Source: a virus (lineage: Duplodnaviria; Caudoviricetes). Taken from it: 64,000 bases of DNA. The notes beneath the pieces are model-generated. The model searched no databases and had not been told where the DNA came from. It saw only the letters and a list, made by a program, of their open reading frames with translations. Of the stretch, positions 34,573 to 44,553 are shown one piece after another (position 1 is the stretch's first letter; each line of letters opens with the position of its first letter). The DNA is taken from positions 1 to 64,000 of IMG/VR virus record IMGVR_UViG_3300021399_000132. The stretch is one strand, 5' to 3'. The translations under genes and the position numbers were made by a program.

Positions 34573-35592
34573 TCATTTGATGTATCCGATGAACTTCCCG
34601 TCCTTGTCGAATGTGACAGGGACGTTATGCAAACCGGTGAACATTTCACCGTTTTTGCCAAGGAAATACCATTCGTTGTTATATTTAAGCCATCTGCTTG
34701 CAGCCATGGTGCCATCCTTCATAAGGTAGTACCATGTGCCATTCGATTTGAGCCACCCGGTTTTCATACGGCAGTTTTCATCGAAGTAATACCACTTGTC
34801 GCCGATCTGTTTCCATCCAGTTACCGCCGCACCATCAGTGCCGAGATAGTATTTTCCATCTTCGAGCGTGAGCCAGCCTGTCTGCATGTATCCTTCGGCG
34901 TTGAAGTGATACCATTTGCCGTCGATCTTTGACCATCTATCAGCCGGGTATGAGCCGTCCACATTCTTGTACCACCAGCCTTTGGCGTCTTTCTGCCAGC
35001 CGCCGGAAAGGTACGGATTATAGATAAATCCGATAAAAGTCTGTCCAAGAATGTTATACGGCGGTTTGTGTTTTGTCAGGAAGAAACGAGTTCCCCCATA
35101 ATTTGATTGTGATACGGTGATTGTGCCGTCAACGGCAACATCCTCAACCGTGCCAACATGTCCGCATCCGTCTAAGCCATTCCAAAGATTACCTGACTTC
35201 CACACAATGGTCGCTCCGATCTTCGGAGTGTTCCCCGTGTTGAGTCCGTTCTTCTTTGCAACGGCAAGCCAGTCTTCTGCGTTGCATGTGGGCAGCTTTG
35301 CATTTGCTGTTGCGCCGCCGATCTCAAGAGCCCTGCCGTATACGTACCCAACGCAGTTGGGAAGGCATGAGTTACCAGAAATCAAGATGCAGCGATTGTA
35401 ACCGCCCTTGCCATACTTAAGGTAGTAGGGGTTGGTTGTTGATGGGGCTGTCAGTCTGGCTGTGTATCCAATAGCCCCGATGCCTTCTGGCTTCTCCTCG
35501 TCTTCCTCTGGATAGATAATTTCAATACCATCCTCCTTCAGAGACTGTTCGAAGTCATCGTAAGTAATTGTCTGAAGTTCCTGCTCAGGCAT
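34573..35592 (-). CDS. endolysin: CHAP domain plus choline-binding-type repeats
   Basis: NCVGYVYGR (Cys), GHVGTVE (His); repeats of GW...GKWYY...G.M.TGW. Confidence 0.9.
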   Translation of the reverse strand: MPEQELQTITYDDFEQSLKEDGIEIIYPEEDEEKPEGIGAIGYTARLTAPSTTNPYYLKYGKGGYNRCILISGNSCLPNCVGYVYGRALEIGGATANAKLPTCNAEDWLAVAKKNGLNTGNTPKIGATIVWKSGNLWNGLDGCGHVGTVEDVAVDGTITVSQSNYGGTRFFLTKHKPPYNILGQTFIGFIYNPYLSGGWQKDAKGWWYKNVDGSYPADRWSKIDGKWYHFNAEGYMQTGWLTLEDGKYYLGTDGAAVTGWKQIGDKWYYFDENCRMKTGWLKSNGTWYYLMKDGTMAASRWLKYNNEWYFLGKNGEMFTGLHNVPVTFDKDGKFIGYIK

Positions 35593-35690
35593 AGTTAAAT
35601 CTCCTTGTTAATACGAATTTGGAGTGTAACTCAAAACAAGTTACAACCCAAAATAAAGTTAAATCCTCGAATGTGATAAAAATTAAAAAG

Positions 35691-35872
35691 GCCGCTGCGA
35701 GAGCGGCTCGTAATTGGGACACAGCGAAACTTGTTATCTCCCGCGCTATGACGTGGCACAGAAGGGGAGACGGCGGTTTGCTGTGGTGCCTGAAGACATC
35801 ATACGATCTTCATGTCATCCATGAATTTGAGTTGTATAAAGACAGATAGGGGCGCTTAATGCGCCCCGTTTT
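35691..35872 (+). ncRNA. candidate antisense-oriented sRNA with its own terminator
   Basis: GCCGCT/AGCGGC hairpin, long CACAGCGAAAC...GTTTGCTGTG stem whose G-U pairs favour the + strand, GGGGCGC/GCGCCCC-GTTTT terminator on +. Confidence 0.45.
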
Positions 35873-35914
35873 ATGATTAACCCGTAAATGCAGATTGTGA
35901 TTTAAAGTTTCCTT

Positions 35915-36127
35915 TTATTTAGAAGCATACTTCATCATATTTATCATTCTGGTTTTTGCAGGCTTCGGTAACTCCATCCATGCATACGGCTTCTTTGCAT
36001 ATTTTCCATGCATTTTCCAAAGTCCATGTCCGAGATAGTTGCCAGTGCAGATGTAACCACCTTGGTAACAGCAGAGATATTTGCCCTTTTCTTCAGGCTT
36101 TGCATCCTCTAAGTAAGTCCATTCCAT
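35915..36127 (-). CDS. DUF551-like small protein
   Basis: W...P...YL...G...W...AWMELP.P; GGAG RBS. Confidence 0.65.
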   Translation of the reverse strand: MEWTYLEDAKPEEKGKYLCCYQGGYICTGNYLGHGLWKMHGKYAKKPYAWMELPKPAKTRMINMMKYASK

Positions 36128-36337
36128 TGTGATTTTCTCCCTTCTCTAAATGTAATATAGCCGATTTCGAGAAGGGTTTAAAGGATGACATTTAAACTTC
36201 AATTCTTCTGAAGTCTTTTCGTGCTTTACGTTTCCAGAATCGCCATGCTTTGCGATTGTTCTTTACCCAACATGCATGCTGTCTCCCGAAGTGATCTTCA
36301 AAAGTCAGCTTTTTATGGATATTGCTTTTCATGCCCT

Positions 36338-37411
36338 TTAACTGCTTGTGACGGTCACTTTACAGAGAGCAGTATATCCGTGCTTGGAAATTGCCTGTAC
36401 AAATGTTGTACCTGCGCTAACTCCAATTAACATGCCACCGTTGCATGTCACAATGTCATCGTTATGAGAAAGCCAACGAACTGTCATGTCTGAAGGGTTA
36501 GAAGGTGTAAATGTCGGTGTGCCAAGCCACTTTCTTTCGCCAACTGCCAGTGTTTCCGTTGCTTTGATACTGATCGCCGTTTCTACTACCTTTTCAGTAA
36601 CACCGACAGGAGCATAAACTCTCACCCATGCCACTTGTGTTTCGGCAATATCCCATTGCGGTGCACCTGCTGTTGCAGACACACAATTTAAAATAATGAA
36701 ATGCGGATGCATAAACGGATTATAACCATTCACAGTCGCTCCTGGTAATCTGAAGCTGGTTTTGCGAACACCATCGACATAGAAACCAATTGACTCTTCT
36801 GTCCATTCGCAAGCATAAATGTGCCAATCTGACGGTGTTGAGGTAATATCGGCAATATTCCCACCTGTCGAATAGTTTGTGGTTGCATCGAGTCCGTCAC
36901 TGCTCCAGTGAGTCCGACATCCTACCGTACCGTTATGAAACTCTGCAATATCAATTTCTCCACAAGAAGGGAACAGAACGCCTTTCGTTTCGTCATACGC
37001 AACTCCGTCACCATTTGAAAGACGCTCAAAATTTGCTCCAAGTGTCCAAAAAGTAGAATGATGAACTGCTTCACTTGTAAATTTAATCTTTGCTTCAAGT
37101 CTGCCGTATTTAAATTCAAACAGATTGCTTGTACTCAGATACGCAGATGACCACGGTTTGTTATTGTTGCCTTTTCTGTAGTCTTTAATCGCTCTATACT
37201 GCAAACCGTGATTTGAATTTGCAACAAGGTCTAAATCCTCAGCATAATCAACAGAGCCGATGTTATTCCACTTTGTTATATCAATCTCAGGCTTATTAAA
37301 TTCATCGTGCCAAATCAGAAGTCTGTCTGTCAGTAAATCCTCAAGACCCTCTGTTGATTCGCCACCACCAGTTACTAATGGATTCCCATCAATATCATAT
37401 ACAATGCTCAT
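36338..37411 (-). CDS. GH16 glycoside hydrolase plus C-terminal Ig-like domain
   Basis: WHDEF, FKYGRLEAKI, FW.LG, GEIDIAE (ExDxxE), WHIYACEWT, F...HFIILN, VAWVRVY; Big_2-like tail. Confidence 0.85.
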   Translation of the reverse strand: MSIVYDIDGNPLVTGGGESTEGLEDLLTDRLLIWHDEFNKPEIDITKWNNIGSVDYAEDLDLVANSNHGLQYRAIKDYRKGNNNKPWSSAYLSTSNLFEFKYGRLEAKIKFTSEAVHHSTFWTLGANFERLSNGDGVAYDETKGVLFPSCGEIDIAEFHNGTVGCRTHWSSDGLDATTNYSTGGNIADITSTPSDWHIYACEWTEESIGFYVDGVRKTSFRLPGATVNGYNPFMHPHFIILNCVSATAGAPQWDIAETQVAWVRVYAPVGVTEKVVETAISIKATETLAVGERKWLGTPTFTPSNPSDMTVRWLSHNDDIVTCNGGMLIGVSAGTTFVQAISKHGYTALCKVTVTSS

Positions 37412-37419
37412 ATCTTACC

Positions 37420-38775
37420 TCACTGTTCATATCTGAGTTTCATGGATTTATGAAGTGTTGACCCACCGTTCAGCTGATAGATTTTTGTCTGAGCCGATGT
37501 CGTTGACGCAATTCCGAATGTAGTAATGAGTGAACCGTCAAGATAAAGAGTTGCGGTATCGGATGTATCATCGACTTCCAACCTAACTGTATATTCTGTT
37601 TCTGTTGCGATAGAAACATCAGCAAAATGCCATCCTTTTGTAGCCGTGTCTTTGCCTTCATAATAACCAAGACCGCCCGAATTCACCGCAACGTTAATGC
37701 CTTTCCCATTGTTAACAAACAACACATAATACCCACATCCCTTCGGAGTTGAAGGAAGGGTTGCTAATGTTTGTGGGCTGAACACTGATTCAAAAATCAG
37801 CCGTTTACAAGGAACAGGTTCGTTTGTGACTCCATAAGAAATGTTTCCCGTGCTTCCAGTGTTTGCAAGAAGTAAACCATCTTCTCTAAGTGTTTTTGCT
37901 GAAGCGTTGGTTGACAATAAAGTGAATCCGTTGTTTTCAGGTAACCCATCTGTATATGACCAGTTGATATCCCACTGCTCATAATGGGTTACTGTAACAT
38001 CGAATGTCGCGGATTTTCCACCATATGTAACTGTAATCGTACTCGTTCCTTCAGTAAGCGTTCCACTCAGTACATACGCAGAAACAACTTCGCTTGATTC
38101 ATCGTCATAATATGCCGTAACAACAAGATTCTCCTTTAACGAATCGAGGGAATCAGTATCATACACAGTACCACCCTGTGTATACACAGCCGTAATTCTC
38201 GTCAAATTTGCGGGTGGGAATAAAGCACTTCTGAAGTTTTCGACATATGTCCGTCCGTTTCCGTCAGTCCATGCACCGATATGTTCAACTACTGCCATCA
38301 GCGTTGTTTTAATTTCTTCCGAAAGTCCGCTTTTAGAGCTTATTTGGCTCTTTAACTCTGAAAGTTCTGTATCAAATTCTGTTTTTGTAACAATCTCCAA
38401 CTCGCTAGTAGTAGGGGAGACCAACATCTGCGTGTGGCTGTCCTGTACTTCTGAACCTACGTAAACGATGTTATTAATTGCGTCGCCAGTTGCTTTTGAA
38501 TCGGCTGCGGCTCCGCTAACAGCCAGCGTTGTATCGGTTTCGATACCTGAGCTCTGGTAAATACCACCACTCACCCAAGAGGTACCGTCATAGTAGTACC
38601 AGTTACCTGCTGTGTAACCTGTCTCAGAGCCAGTGTATACATAAATCTTGGATGTATCTGTCATACCGGCGGCAGTTGAAGCAACAGCAGGTGAACTGCC
38701 GGAACCTCTTCTGGCGACCGTATCCTTAATGTCATATAAAGTGCCTCTAACTCTGATTTGTGACACTTCTGCCAT
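37420..38775 (-). CDS. tail-associated protein with Ig-like and lectin-like domains
   Basis: TDTTL..SG.AADSK.TGD motif; LKENLVVTAYYDD...GTL.EGT.TITVTYGG Ig-like domain; beta-rich C-terminus. Confidence 0.7.
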   Translation of the reverse strand: MAEVSQIRVRGTLYDIKDTVARRGSGSSPAVASTAAGMTDTSKIYVYTGSETGYTAGNWYYYDGTSWVSGGIYQSSGIETDTTLAVSGAAADSKATGDAINNIVYVGSEVQDSHTQMLVSPTTSELEIVTKTEFDTELSELKSQISSKSGLSEEIKTTLMAVVEHIGAWTDGNGRTYVENFRSALFPPANLTRITAVYTQGGTVYDTDSLDSLKENLVVTAYYDDESSEVVSAYVLSGTLTEGTSTITVTYGGKSATFDVTVTHYEQWDINWSYTDGLPENNGFTLLSTNASAKTLREDGLLLANTGSTGNISYGVTNEPVPCKRLIFESVFSPQTLATLPSTPKGCGYYVLFVNNGKGINVAVNSGGLGYYEGKDTATKGWHFADVSIATETEYTVRLEVDDTSDTATLYLDGSLITTFGIASTTSAQTKIYQLNGGSTLHKSMKLRYEQ

Positions 38776-38791
38776 AGTCGTACCTCCTTAT

Positions 38792-40135
38792 TCAAGACCT
38801 ATGCACATATGCATAGGACGTATTAAAAACTGACGCCAGGTCTGTCTGCTCGACCCAAGCGCCGTTAACTTTCTTATATACTTTGTCAACGGCAGTCCAC
38901 GCACCATTGACTTTTAAATACATTTTTTCCTGTGCCCCAACTGTGACAACGATTGCCGCATCGCCGCTTACCGTGTACGTATAGGTATAATGGTCTATAG
39001 TGCCGGTACCAGTTGAATACGCGATTGTTACCGTAATACCAAGAACCAATCCACCATAATAGCCGACCGTGTGTCGGATGGCTAAATTGTCGAGCTGTGA
39101 CCTTGTAACCGTTCCAGTCGGTTCTACTGTAATCGTGGTGTTACTGGTTGACGGAAAGTCGACATCTTCACTGATAGCGGTACCGTTGACCACAATAGCT
39201 ACGCTCGAAATGTGAGTTGAATCAATCGTTGCGTTTTCTCTATGCCCATAACATTTAACTGACATTTCTTCGATGACCGCATTACTTGGGATTGAGCTGA
39301 AATTAAATGTATAATCCGCATACCCAGTATCAGAAGCATACATATTAGATGATGTGCCGGAAGTTGACGGATCTTCAGCGCTATTCCCAACCGCATACTC
39401 TGCATAACTGGAACCGCTCTGTATATCGGTTAATGTTACATCGGCAGGGACGAAACTTACTGTTTGACCTGGTGCGTGAACAACTAACTCCGCAGTCACA
39501 TCGACTCCGTCTTTGGTGATAGTAACTTCTTCCGTTACATCATCAGGAGTAATGGTTAACTCATATGTTTCGCCCTCATATGTCTGATAAGCGCCGCTTG
39601 GTGTAATTGTTCCATTTCCAACGAGTGTTGATGTGATCGTTGCAGGATTCGGAACGGTATAATTAACTTCGATCTCGGCGCCGTAAATATACACGTACCC
39701 AGTAGTATTTCTTGACGCTCTTCGGCAGTTAATACGAATGCCGAAATCACTTCCATAGCCAACGATTGTTTCCCAGTCAGCTGACAAACCATCAAATTCA
39801 AGCACATGAGCAGTAGTGGTGATTGGATCGCATGTTCCATTAATAGCGGATGTTCCGTTTGCCAAATATGGTTTGTACGACGTTGATGTACTAACACCAC
39901 TTTCACTTGCTTTCAGCTTGACCGTAAATGAACTGACTACCGCTGCACTCGGGATAGCGTCGAAATTAAACCCGCGCAAATAGATATAGTAAGAGGTAGT
40001 GTTTGTTCTTGAGTTTGTTACAGTAGCATAGGTTGTACTGTCTGTATTTGCATACATGTTGTCTTCACTGGAAACGGATAGATACGATGTGCTACTAAGA
40101 TAATAATCACTTGGAACTAATCTTGCTGTCGGCAT
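38792..40135 (-). CDS. tail/fibre-associated beta-rich protein
   Basis: Two related S/T-rich beta domains; ends Y.KVNGAW..V..VY.KVNGAW. Confidence 0.7.
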   Translation of the reverse strand: MPTARLVPSDYYLSSTSYLSVSSEDNMYANTDSTTYATVTNSRTNTTSYYIYLRGFNFDAIPSAAVVSSFTVKLKASESGVSTSTSYKPYLANGTSAINGTCDPITTTAHVLEFDGLSADWETIVGYGSDFGIRINCRRASRNTTGYVYIYGAEIEVNYTVPNPATITSTLVGNGTITPSGAYQTYEGETYELTITPDDVTEEVTITKDGVDVTAELVVHAPGQTVSFVPADVTLTDIQSGSSYAEYAVGNSAEDPSTSGTSSNMYASDTGYADYTFNFSSIPSNAVIEEMSVKCYGHRENATIDSTHISSVAIVVNGTAISEDVDFPSTSNTTITVEPTGTVTRSQLDNLAIRHTVGYYGGLVLGITVTIAYSTGTGTIDHYTYTYTVSGDAAIVVTVGAQEKMYLKVNGAWTAVDKVYKKVNGAWVEQTDLASVFNTSYAYVHRS

Positions 40136-41394
40136 TAGCTACTCACCTTTAGGTACAAGTCCCCATTACTTCCCGTGGCAGAAGATGGGTCGCTCGTGCC
40201 AGTATAACAATTATGAATCTCCAAAGAACCGGTGACCTTCGCCCCGTTAACATATGCGGTCTCACCTGAGACAATATCTCCTGAGGTAGCCGTTGCATCT
40301 GTGGTAGTAATATACTGAGCTGGTATAGCCGCGACTGTGACAGCGCCCGTTGTATATCTTCCAGCGGCTACTGCTGTCTGAGAAGACTTTGTTGGTGTAA
40401 TCGTAGTTGCCGCTTGCGTTGTTAACTGCTGTGTCTTTGAGCCACTGACAGTTATTGCACCAGCGGTGCCAGCGGACACATATCCTGCGCTGACTGTTGG
40501 TGTGACGTTCTGCGTTGCACTTGCAGCTGCGGTAATCAATCCAGCAGAGCTGACCGTGATTGACGGATTTGCTGTGATGGTTGTGGCTGGAGTAGTTGCC
40601 GATCCCGAGGAAACAGCCTTGCTTGCCTGTTCTGAATAATAACCAGCAGGAACTGTAACCGTAGCACCAGATGCAGTTAAGTCACTTGACGATCTACTTG
40701 TAATGTCAGAACCTACATAAGTTGAGCTAATCGCCCCGACAGTAACAGAACTTAACCCATTATGACTTGAATCTGGCACAACGACCTGTTCACTTTCAGA
40801 CGGAGTAACGGTCTTTTCCTGTAGATTTGGAATAACGTATTCACTTGGAATCGGATTGACCACTACGTTACCTGTCATATATTTTCCAGACACAGAGACT
40901 GTCTGGGACGAGGCTGAAGGTGTTACCGTTGATCCGGCATCGGTTGTTAGTTGGAGAGTCTTATTTGTTGTGCCCGCAGCCACGTAACCCGCAGCCTGTG
41001 TGTGGCTGGCTGTAACAAGCCCCGTTGTACTATTAAGACTAACTGTTGGGTCTGCATGCGTAGCTGTTGCTACAGATTTTGAAGCTGCGACTTCATAATA
41101 ACCGGCCGGAGCTGTGACAGATGCGCCGGAGACAGTAAGATTAGTAGAAGAGCGTCTAGCGACCGTAGAACCCACATAGTCCGAGTCAATAGCACCTACG
41201 CTTACAGACGAAAGACCGTCATAGCCGGAGTCAGGCACAATGGTCTGAGCCGATTCCGTCGGGTTCACAGATTTTGTTTGAAGGACTGTCTCGGCGCCAC
41301 GAATATACGTCAAAACTTCATCATTTGGAGTTGACGCTTTAATGCCTGTGACATTCATATATGTCTTTCCAAATATTTTTAATGTATCAGTCAT
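40135..41394 (-). CDS. fibre protein with internal duplication
   Basis: LQ.K.V.P.ES.Q..VPDS...GLSSV.VGAI...G..VT.PAGYY twice. Confidence 0.75.
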   Translation of the reverse strand: MTDTLKIFGKTYMNVTGIKASTPNDEVLTYIRGAETVLQTKSVNPTESAQTIVPDSGYDGLSSVSVGAIDSDYVGSTVARRSSTNLTVSGASVTAPAGYYEVAASKSVATATHADPTVSLNSTTGLVTASHTQAAGYVAAGTTNKTLQLTTDAGSTVTPSASSQTVSVSGKYMTGNVVVNPIPSEYVIPNLQEKTVTPSESEQVVVPDSSHNGLSSVTVGAISSTYVGSDITSRSSSDLTASGATVTVPAGYYSEQASKAVSSGSATTPATTITANPSITVSSAGLITAAASATQNVTPTVSAGYVSAGTAGAITVSGSKTQQLTTQAATTITPTKSSQTAVAAGRYTTGAVTVAAIPAQYITTTDATATSGDIVSGETAYVNGAKVTGSLEIHNCYTGTSDPSSATGSNGDLYLKVSS

Positions 41395-42188
41395 GAATCA
41401 AACCCCACATACATTCTTGCACCCGCGATAACAGTATTCATACACGAGTTCCCGGATGAACCAAGATACAAACCGGCACCGGAATAATATGAATGCTGTG
41501 TTGTCGGTTTATACCAAAATTCATTATCTATATACCAATAGTCACCGTCTGGCCTTATTTCCAGCTTAAGCGTTTTCCCGTTAAGTACCGTTTGCGAACT
41601 TACCGATGTATCCGTTGCCCAACCGCTGGAGCCAACGGCGCTTGACGTGTAATACGACCACCTGCTATTCGACCTATATATAAGGCCTGAATCGGTGGAG
41701 AACATAATAAACCGATGATGAACACCGCCATTAGCCCTTGCAAATGACACAATATCAAATTCATATGTTCTATATAATACTCGTCTCATTCCAGTAAAAT
41801 ACATATACTGATTAGCCGCAGAAATGGTGACCCCGTTTTCATCTTGAACAGCATCGTTATAAAGAATGGCGGTTTTGCCCGAGACTGTATCAGTTAAACT
41901 TTGCGTAAAATCCCAGTTTAATACGAGCTGTTTTTCGTCCGGTTTAATATAACCATTTTCGTCAATCGTGTAACCAGAGGTGCCAGTGCCACCCGACTCC
42001 TCGCTACCTAGTACAATGTACCCGTTAGCGTCTTGGTAAATGCCACCTGTTCCGCCACCCTCAATACTATCAACGGCAGTTTTCATCTCATCGATTGTGA
42101 GGGGAAGGGTTGCGCCGGATTTAGCCGCTATCGAATTGGCCAAGGCGTCAAGTTTTGATGTTGTAACGATAACTTTCGATGCTGTCAT
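41391..42188 (-). CDS. fibre-associated protein with lectin/ConA-like domain
   Basis: KLDALANSI..K N-terminus; WDF..SLTD..SG...beta domain. Confidence 0.65.
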   Translation of the reverse strand: MTASKVIVTTSKLDALANSIAAKSGATLPLTIDEMKTAVDSIEGGGTGGIYQDANGYIVLGSEESGGTGTSGYTIDENGYIKPDEKQLVLNWDFTQSLTDTVSGKTAILYNDAVQDENGVTISAANQYMYFTGMRRVLYRTYEFDIVSFARANGGVHHRFIMFSTDSGLIYRSNSRWSYYTSSAVGSSGWATDTSVSSQTVLNGKTLKLEIRPDGDYWYIDNEFWYKPTTQHSYYSGAGLYLGSSGNSCMNTVIAGARMYVGFDS

Positions 42189-42532
42189 GCCGAGCTACCC
42201 CCATATGAAGCCGTATCGCCATTGCCGTATTGTGCCAGCGCAGTATCGATCATTGATTGCACCGTCGCCGATGTAATCGCGCTGATCACACCATCGGTGA
42301 TGGTGATTCCAGAACCAATCTTTACGCCCCCAAGGGTGGATGCGGAAGCGGTAGGGAGGACATAGCTTCCACCACCTCCGCCACCTTCGTCTTCTCCAGG
42401 TGTGACCTCAGAATCAATAACAAGAACCTCACCCTCAGTCGCGACCCCCAATCCCTCTTTGGAGTCTGCATACTGTTTAAGCCTTGCAACAATTTCTCCA
42501 GCTCCAGCGAGATTTAGATATTTGTCTGCCAT
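42185..42532 (-). CDS. head-fibre-like protein
   Basis: YVLPTASASTLGGVKIG motif. Confidence 0.7.
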   Translation of the reverse strand: MADKYLNLAGAGEIVARLKQYADSKEGLGVATEGEVLVIDSEVTPGEDEGGGGGGSYVLPTASASTLGGVKIGSGITITDGVISAITSATVQSMIDTALAQYGNGDTASYGGSSA

Positions 42533-42554
42533 CCTAGAGCCTCCTTATTATTCT

Positions 42555-43721
42555 TTATGCAAATAATGCATCAATTTCAGATGTTGTGATTGCGACCATA
42601 TCTGTTTTGAGCATATATCCAGAAAGGTCAATATCTGTGTTGCCGATCTTTTCAAAAGAAGATCCTACCCAGATATACTCGTCGTAAACATCACCAGTTC
42701 CGTGGCTGTGGGATACGAGATAAATAACTCCATTTTCACCAGAAGCCGGGAGTGACGCAACGACCCTGTAACTAATTGAAGTTACACCCGCGATAGCGTT
42801 AGCAACCGCAGTACTGACAAATTCCGTTGTAGCAATCTGAGTACTATTTGTTCCAACTGCGGCCGTCGGCGCTTTCGGTGTTCCTGTGAATGTAGGCGAA
42901 GCCAATGGGGCTTTCGCTGCAAGGGCTGTATTGATTACCTTATTCTGCACAGGATTCGCGCTCGAGTCACTGAGCGCACTATCAACAGTTGTCTTCGTGG
43001 CTCCGGCCTCAATGCCATTCAGTTTAGTCAGTAATGTGTCTGTCAGATTGTTATCTGTGTGTACATATGACGCATCTGTGACATAGTCGGCGTCATTTGT
43101 CAAATCAGATAATGCAGTCGGGACTGTAATATTTACAGCTTTGCCTGTAACAGTCTGAGCGGTGTTATTAACCTTGATTGATTCAATAACGTTAACCTGA
43201 GCACCTTCAGCAATGCCGGAAAGCTTTGTCTCAGCTGTGCCAACGCGTGTTTCCAGGGCGGTAAGATCACTTGCCGCAGCCCTGGATGTGTCTGTCGGGT
43301 GGACATGATCGCCTCGTGCGAATCCATTATCTGTACCACGTGCTGCTGTGCCGTCCATTTTCGGTGTAACACTAGAAGCCGCGGCTCCTTCGGGGACATC
43401 CGCGCTTGTAATATAGCCGGTGTCATTTGTAAGCTGTGATACTGCGGTAGGAACCGAAACATCTACCGCTTTACTCGTAACAGAAAGGGCGGTGCCATTT
43501 ACTTTTACGCTCTCAATTACGTTGACCTGAGCGCCGGAAGCAATGTTGCTAAGTTTGTTCTTCTCGGTCGTTGTGTAGTCATTGGTCGATAAGCCTTTAC
43601 CAGTTTCTTTGTCGACCTTATCAGCCAAAGCTGTATTAACATCGGACTTCTTGGCGAACAAACCCAGTAATTTTTCGGTGTAGTAACTAAGACCAGTTAA
43701 ATTTAAAAAACTGTCAGCCAT
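42555..43721 (-). CDS. tail fibre protein
   Basis: KVDKETGKGLSTNDYT..EKNKL, GAQVNVIES x2, APLASPTFTGTPKAPT...QIATT.FV. Confidence 0.8.
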   Translation of the reverse strand: MADSFLNLTGLSYYTEKLLGLFAKKSDVNTALADKVDKETGKGLSTNDYTTTEKNKLSNIASGAQVNVIESVKVNGTALSVTSKAVDVSVPTAVSQLTNDTGYITSADVPEGAAASSVTPKMDGTAARGTDNGFARGDHVHPTDTSRAAASDLTALETRVGTAETKLSGIAEGAQVNVIESIKVNNTAQTVTGKAVNITVPTALSDLTNDADYVTDASYVHTDNNLTDTLLTKLNGIEAGATKTTVDSALSDSSANPVQNKVINTALAAKAPLASPTFTGTPKAPTAAVGTNSTQIATTEFVSTAVANAIAGVTSISYRVVASLPASGENGVIYLVSHSHGTGDVYDEYIWVGSSFEKIGNTDIDLSGYMLKTDMVAITTSEIDALFA

Positions 43722-43737
43722 GTTATTATCCTCCTGT

Positions 43738-43998
43738 TTAACCGAACAGCAATTCATCAATGTCTTGATATGTAATTGCGTTCATTTCGTGCTGAACATG
43801 AAGCTCAGCCGAAAGCTTGTTTCCCTTTAAAGTCACGCTGTTGATTTGAGGAAGCGTATCCTCTTTTAATTTGTTGTAATCATTATTGGAGACTGTATTA
43901 ACCGCCATTGAGAGTGAACCGGACAACGTATTACCTAACGATAATGTCCCGCTAAGCTCTCCAGCGGATGACAAAGTTCCATTAAGTTCATGGGGCAT
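43738..43998 (-). CDS. small tail-module protein
   Basis: L.G.LS repeats; DYNKL...PQINSVTLKGNK. Confidence 0.7.
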   Translation of the reverse strand: MPHELNGTLSSAGELSGTLSLGNTLSGSLSMAVNTVSNNDYNKLKEDTLPQINSVTLKGNKLSAELHVQHEMNAITYQDIDELLFG

Positions 43999-44333
43999 CA
44001 GTCAACCTCCTCGGTGATTCTGAACGTTCCATTTGCAATGAACGTATCGATGTCGCCATTAATATGTGTTAACTGAATATCGTATACATATTCGCCCGGC
44101 TGTTTAAGTCCTTTTGTATCTTCTGGATTGATCTCCAAAAGTCTGGTGTCGAGCGGAATATCTTTTTGAATTTTGATTTCGTTTGAATTATAGTTTTGCT
44201 TCATAGCAAATCTAACGCTGTCGCCTTCAATAGGCTCATACGCCGTGCCGTCTGGATTGAATATATCGACAGTCGCTTTAAATGTGTCACCACGCGTAAG
44301 CGTGATTGTCTTTCCGCTAATACGTGCTGTCAT
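43998..44333 (-). CDS. BppU N-terminal-like baseplate adaptor
   Basis: ITLTRGDT...EGD.VRFAMK...YVYDIQL...GD.DT. Confidence 0.7.
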   Translation of the reverse strand: MTARISGKTITLTRGDTFKATVDIFNPDGTAYEPIEGDSVRFAMKQNYNSNEIKIQKDIPLDTRLLEINPEDTKGLKQPGEYVYDIQLTHINGDIDTFIANGTFRITEEVD

Positions 44334-44542
44334 AATTCAAGCACCTCACCGGCAACAGTAGGGGACGTCGCCACATCCGCCCACTCGGCGCCATCATCCG
44401 TCTTGGTCAGAACCTGACCGGTAAGACCCTGATTATCTGGAAGAATTTCATTGGCAGATTCAATTCCTTCTTCCATGTTGTTCAGCCTTTCGGCTGTGAT
44501 TGCGGTCGTATTATCGACCCAAGATGTCTTTTTATATGCCAT
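44330..44542 (-). CDS. small tail protein
   Basis: MAY.KT.W....T.ITAERLNNMEEGI. Confidence 0.75.
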   Translation of the reverse strand: MAYKKTSWVDNTTAITAERLNNMEEGIESANEILPDNQGLTGQVLTKTDDGAEWADVATSPTVAGEVLEL

Positions 44543-44553
44543 GCTATTCCTCC

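Noticed and set aside
22107-35647. AACAAGTTACAA shared by two intergenic regions
   Set aside because: AT-rich 12-mer seen only twice; insufficient to call a site.
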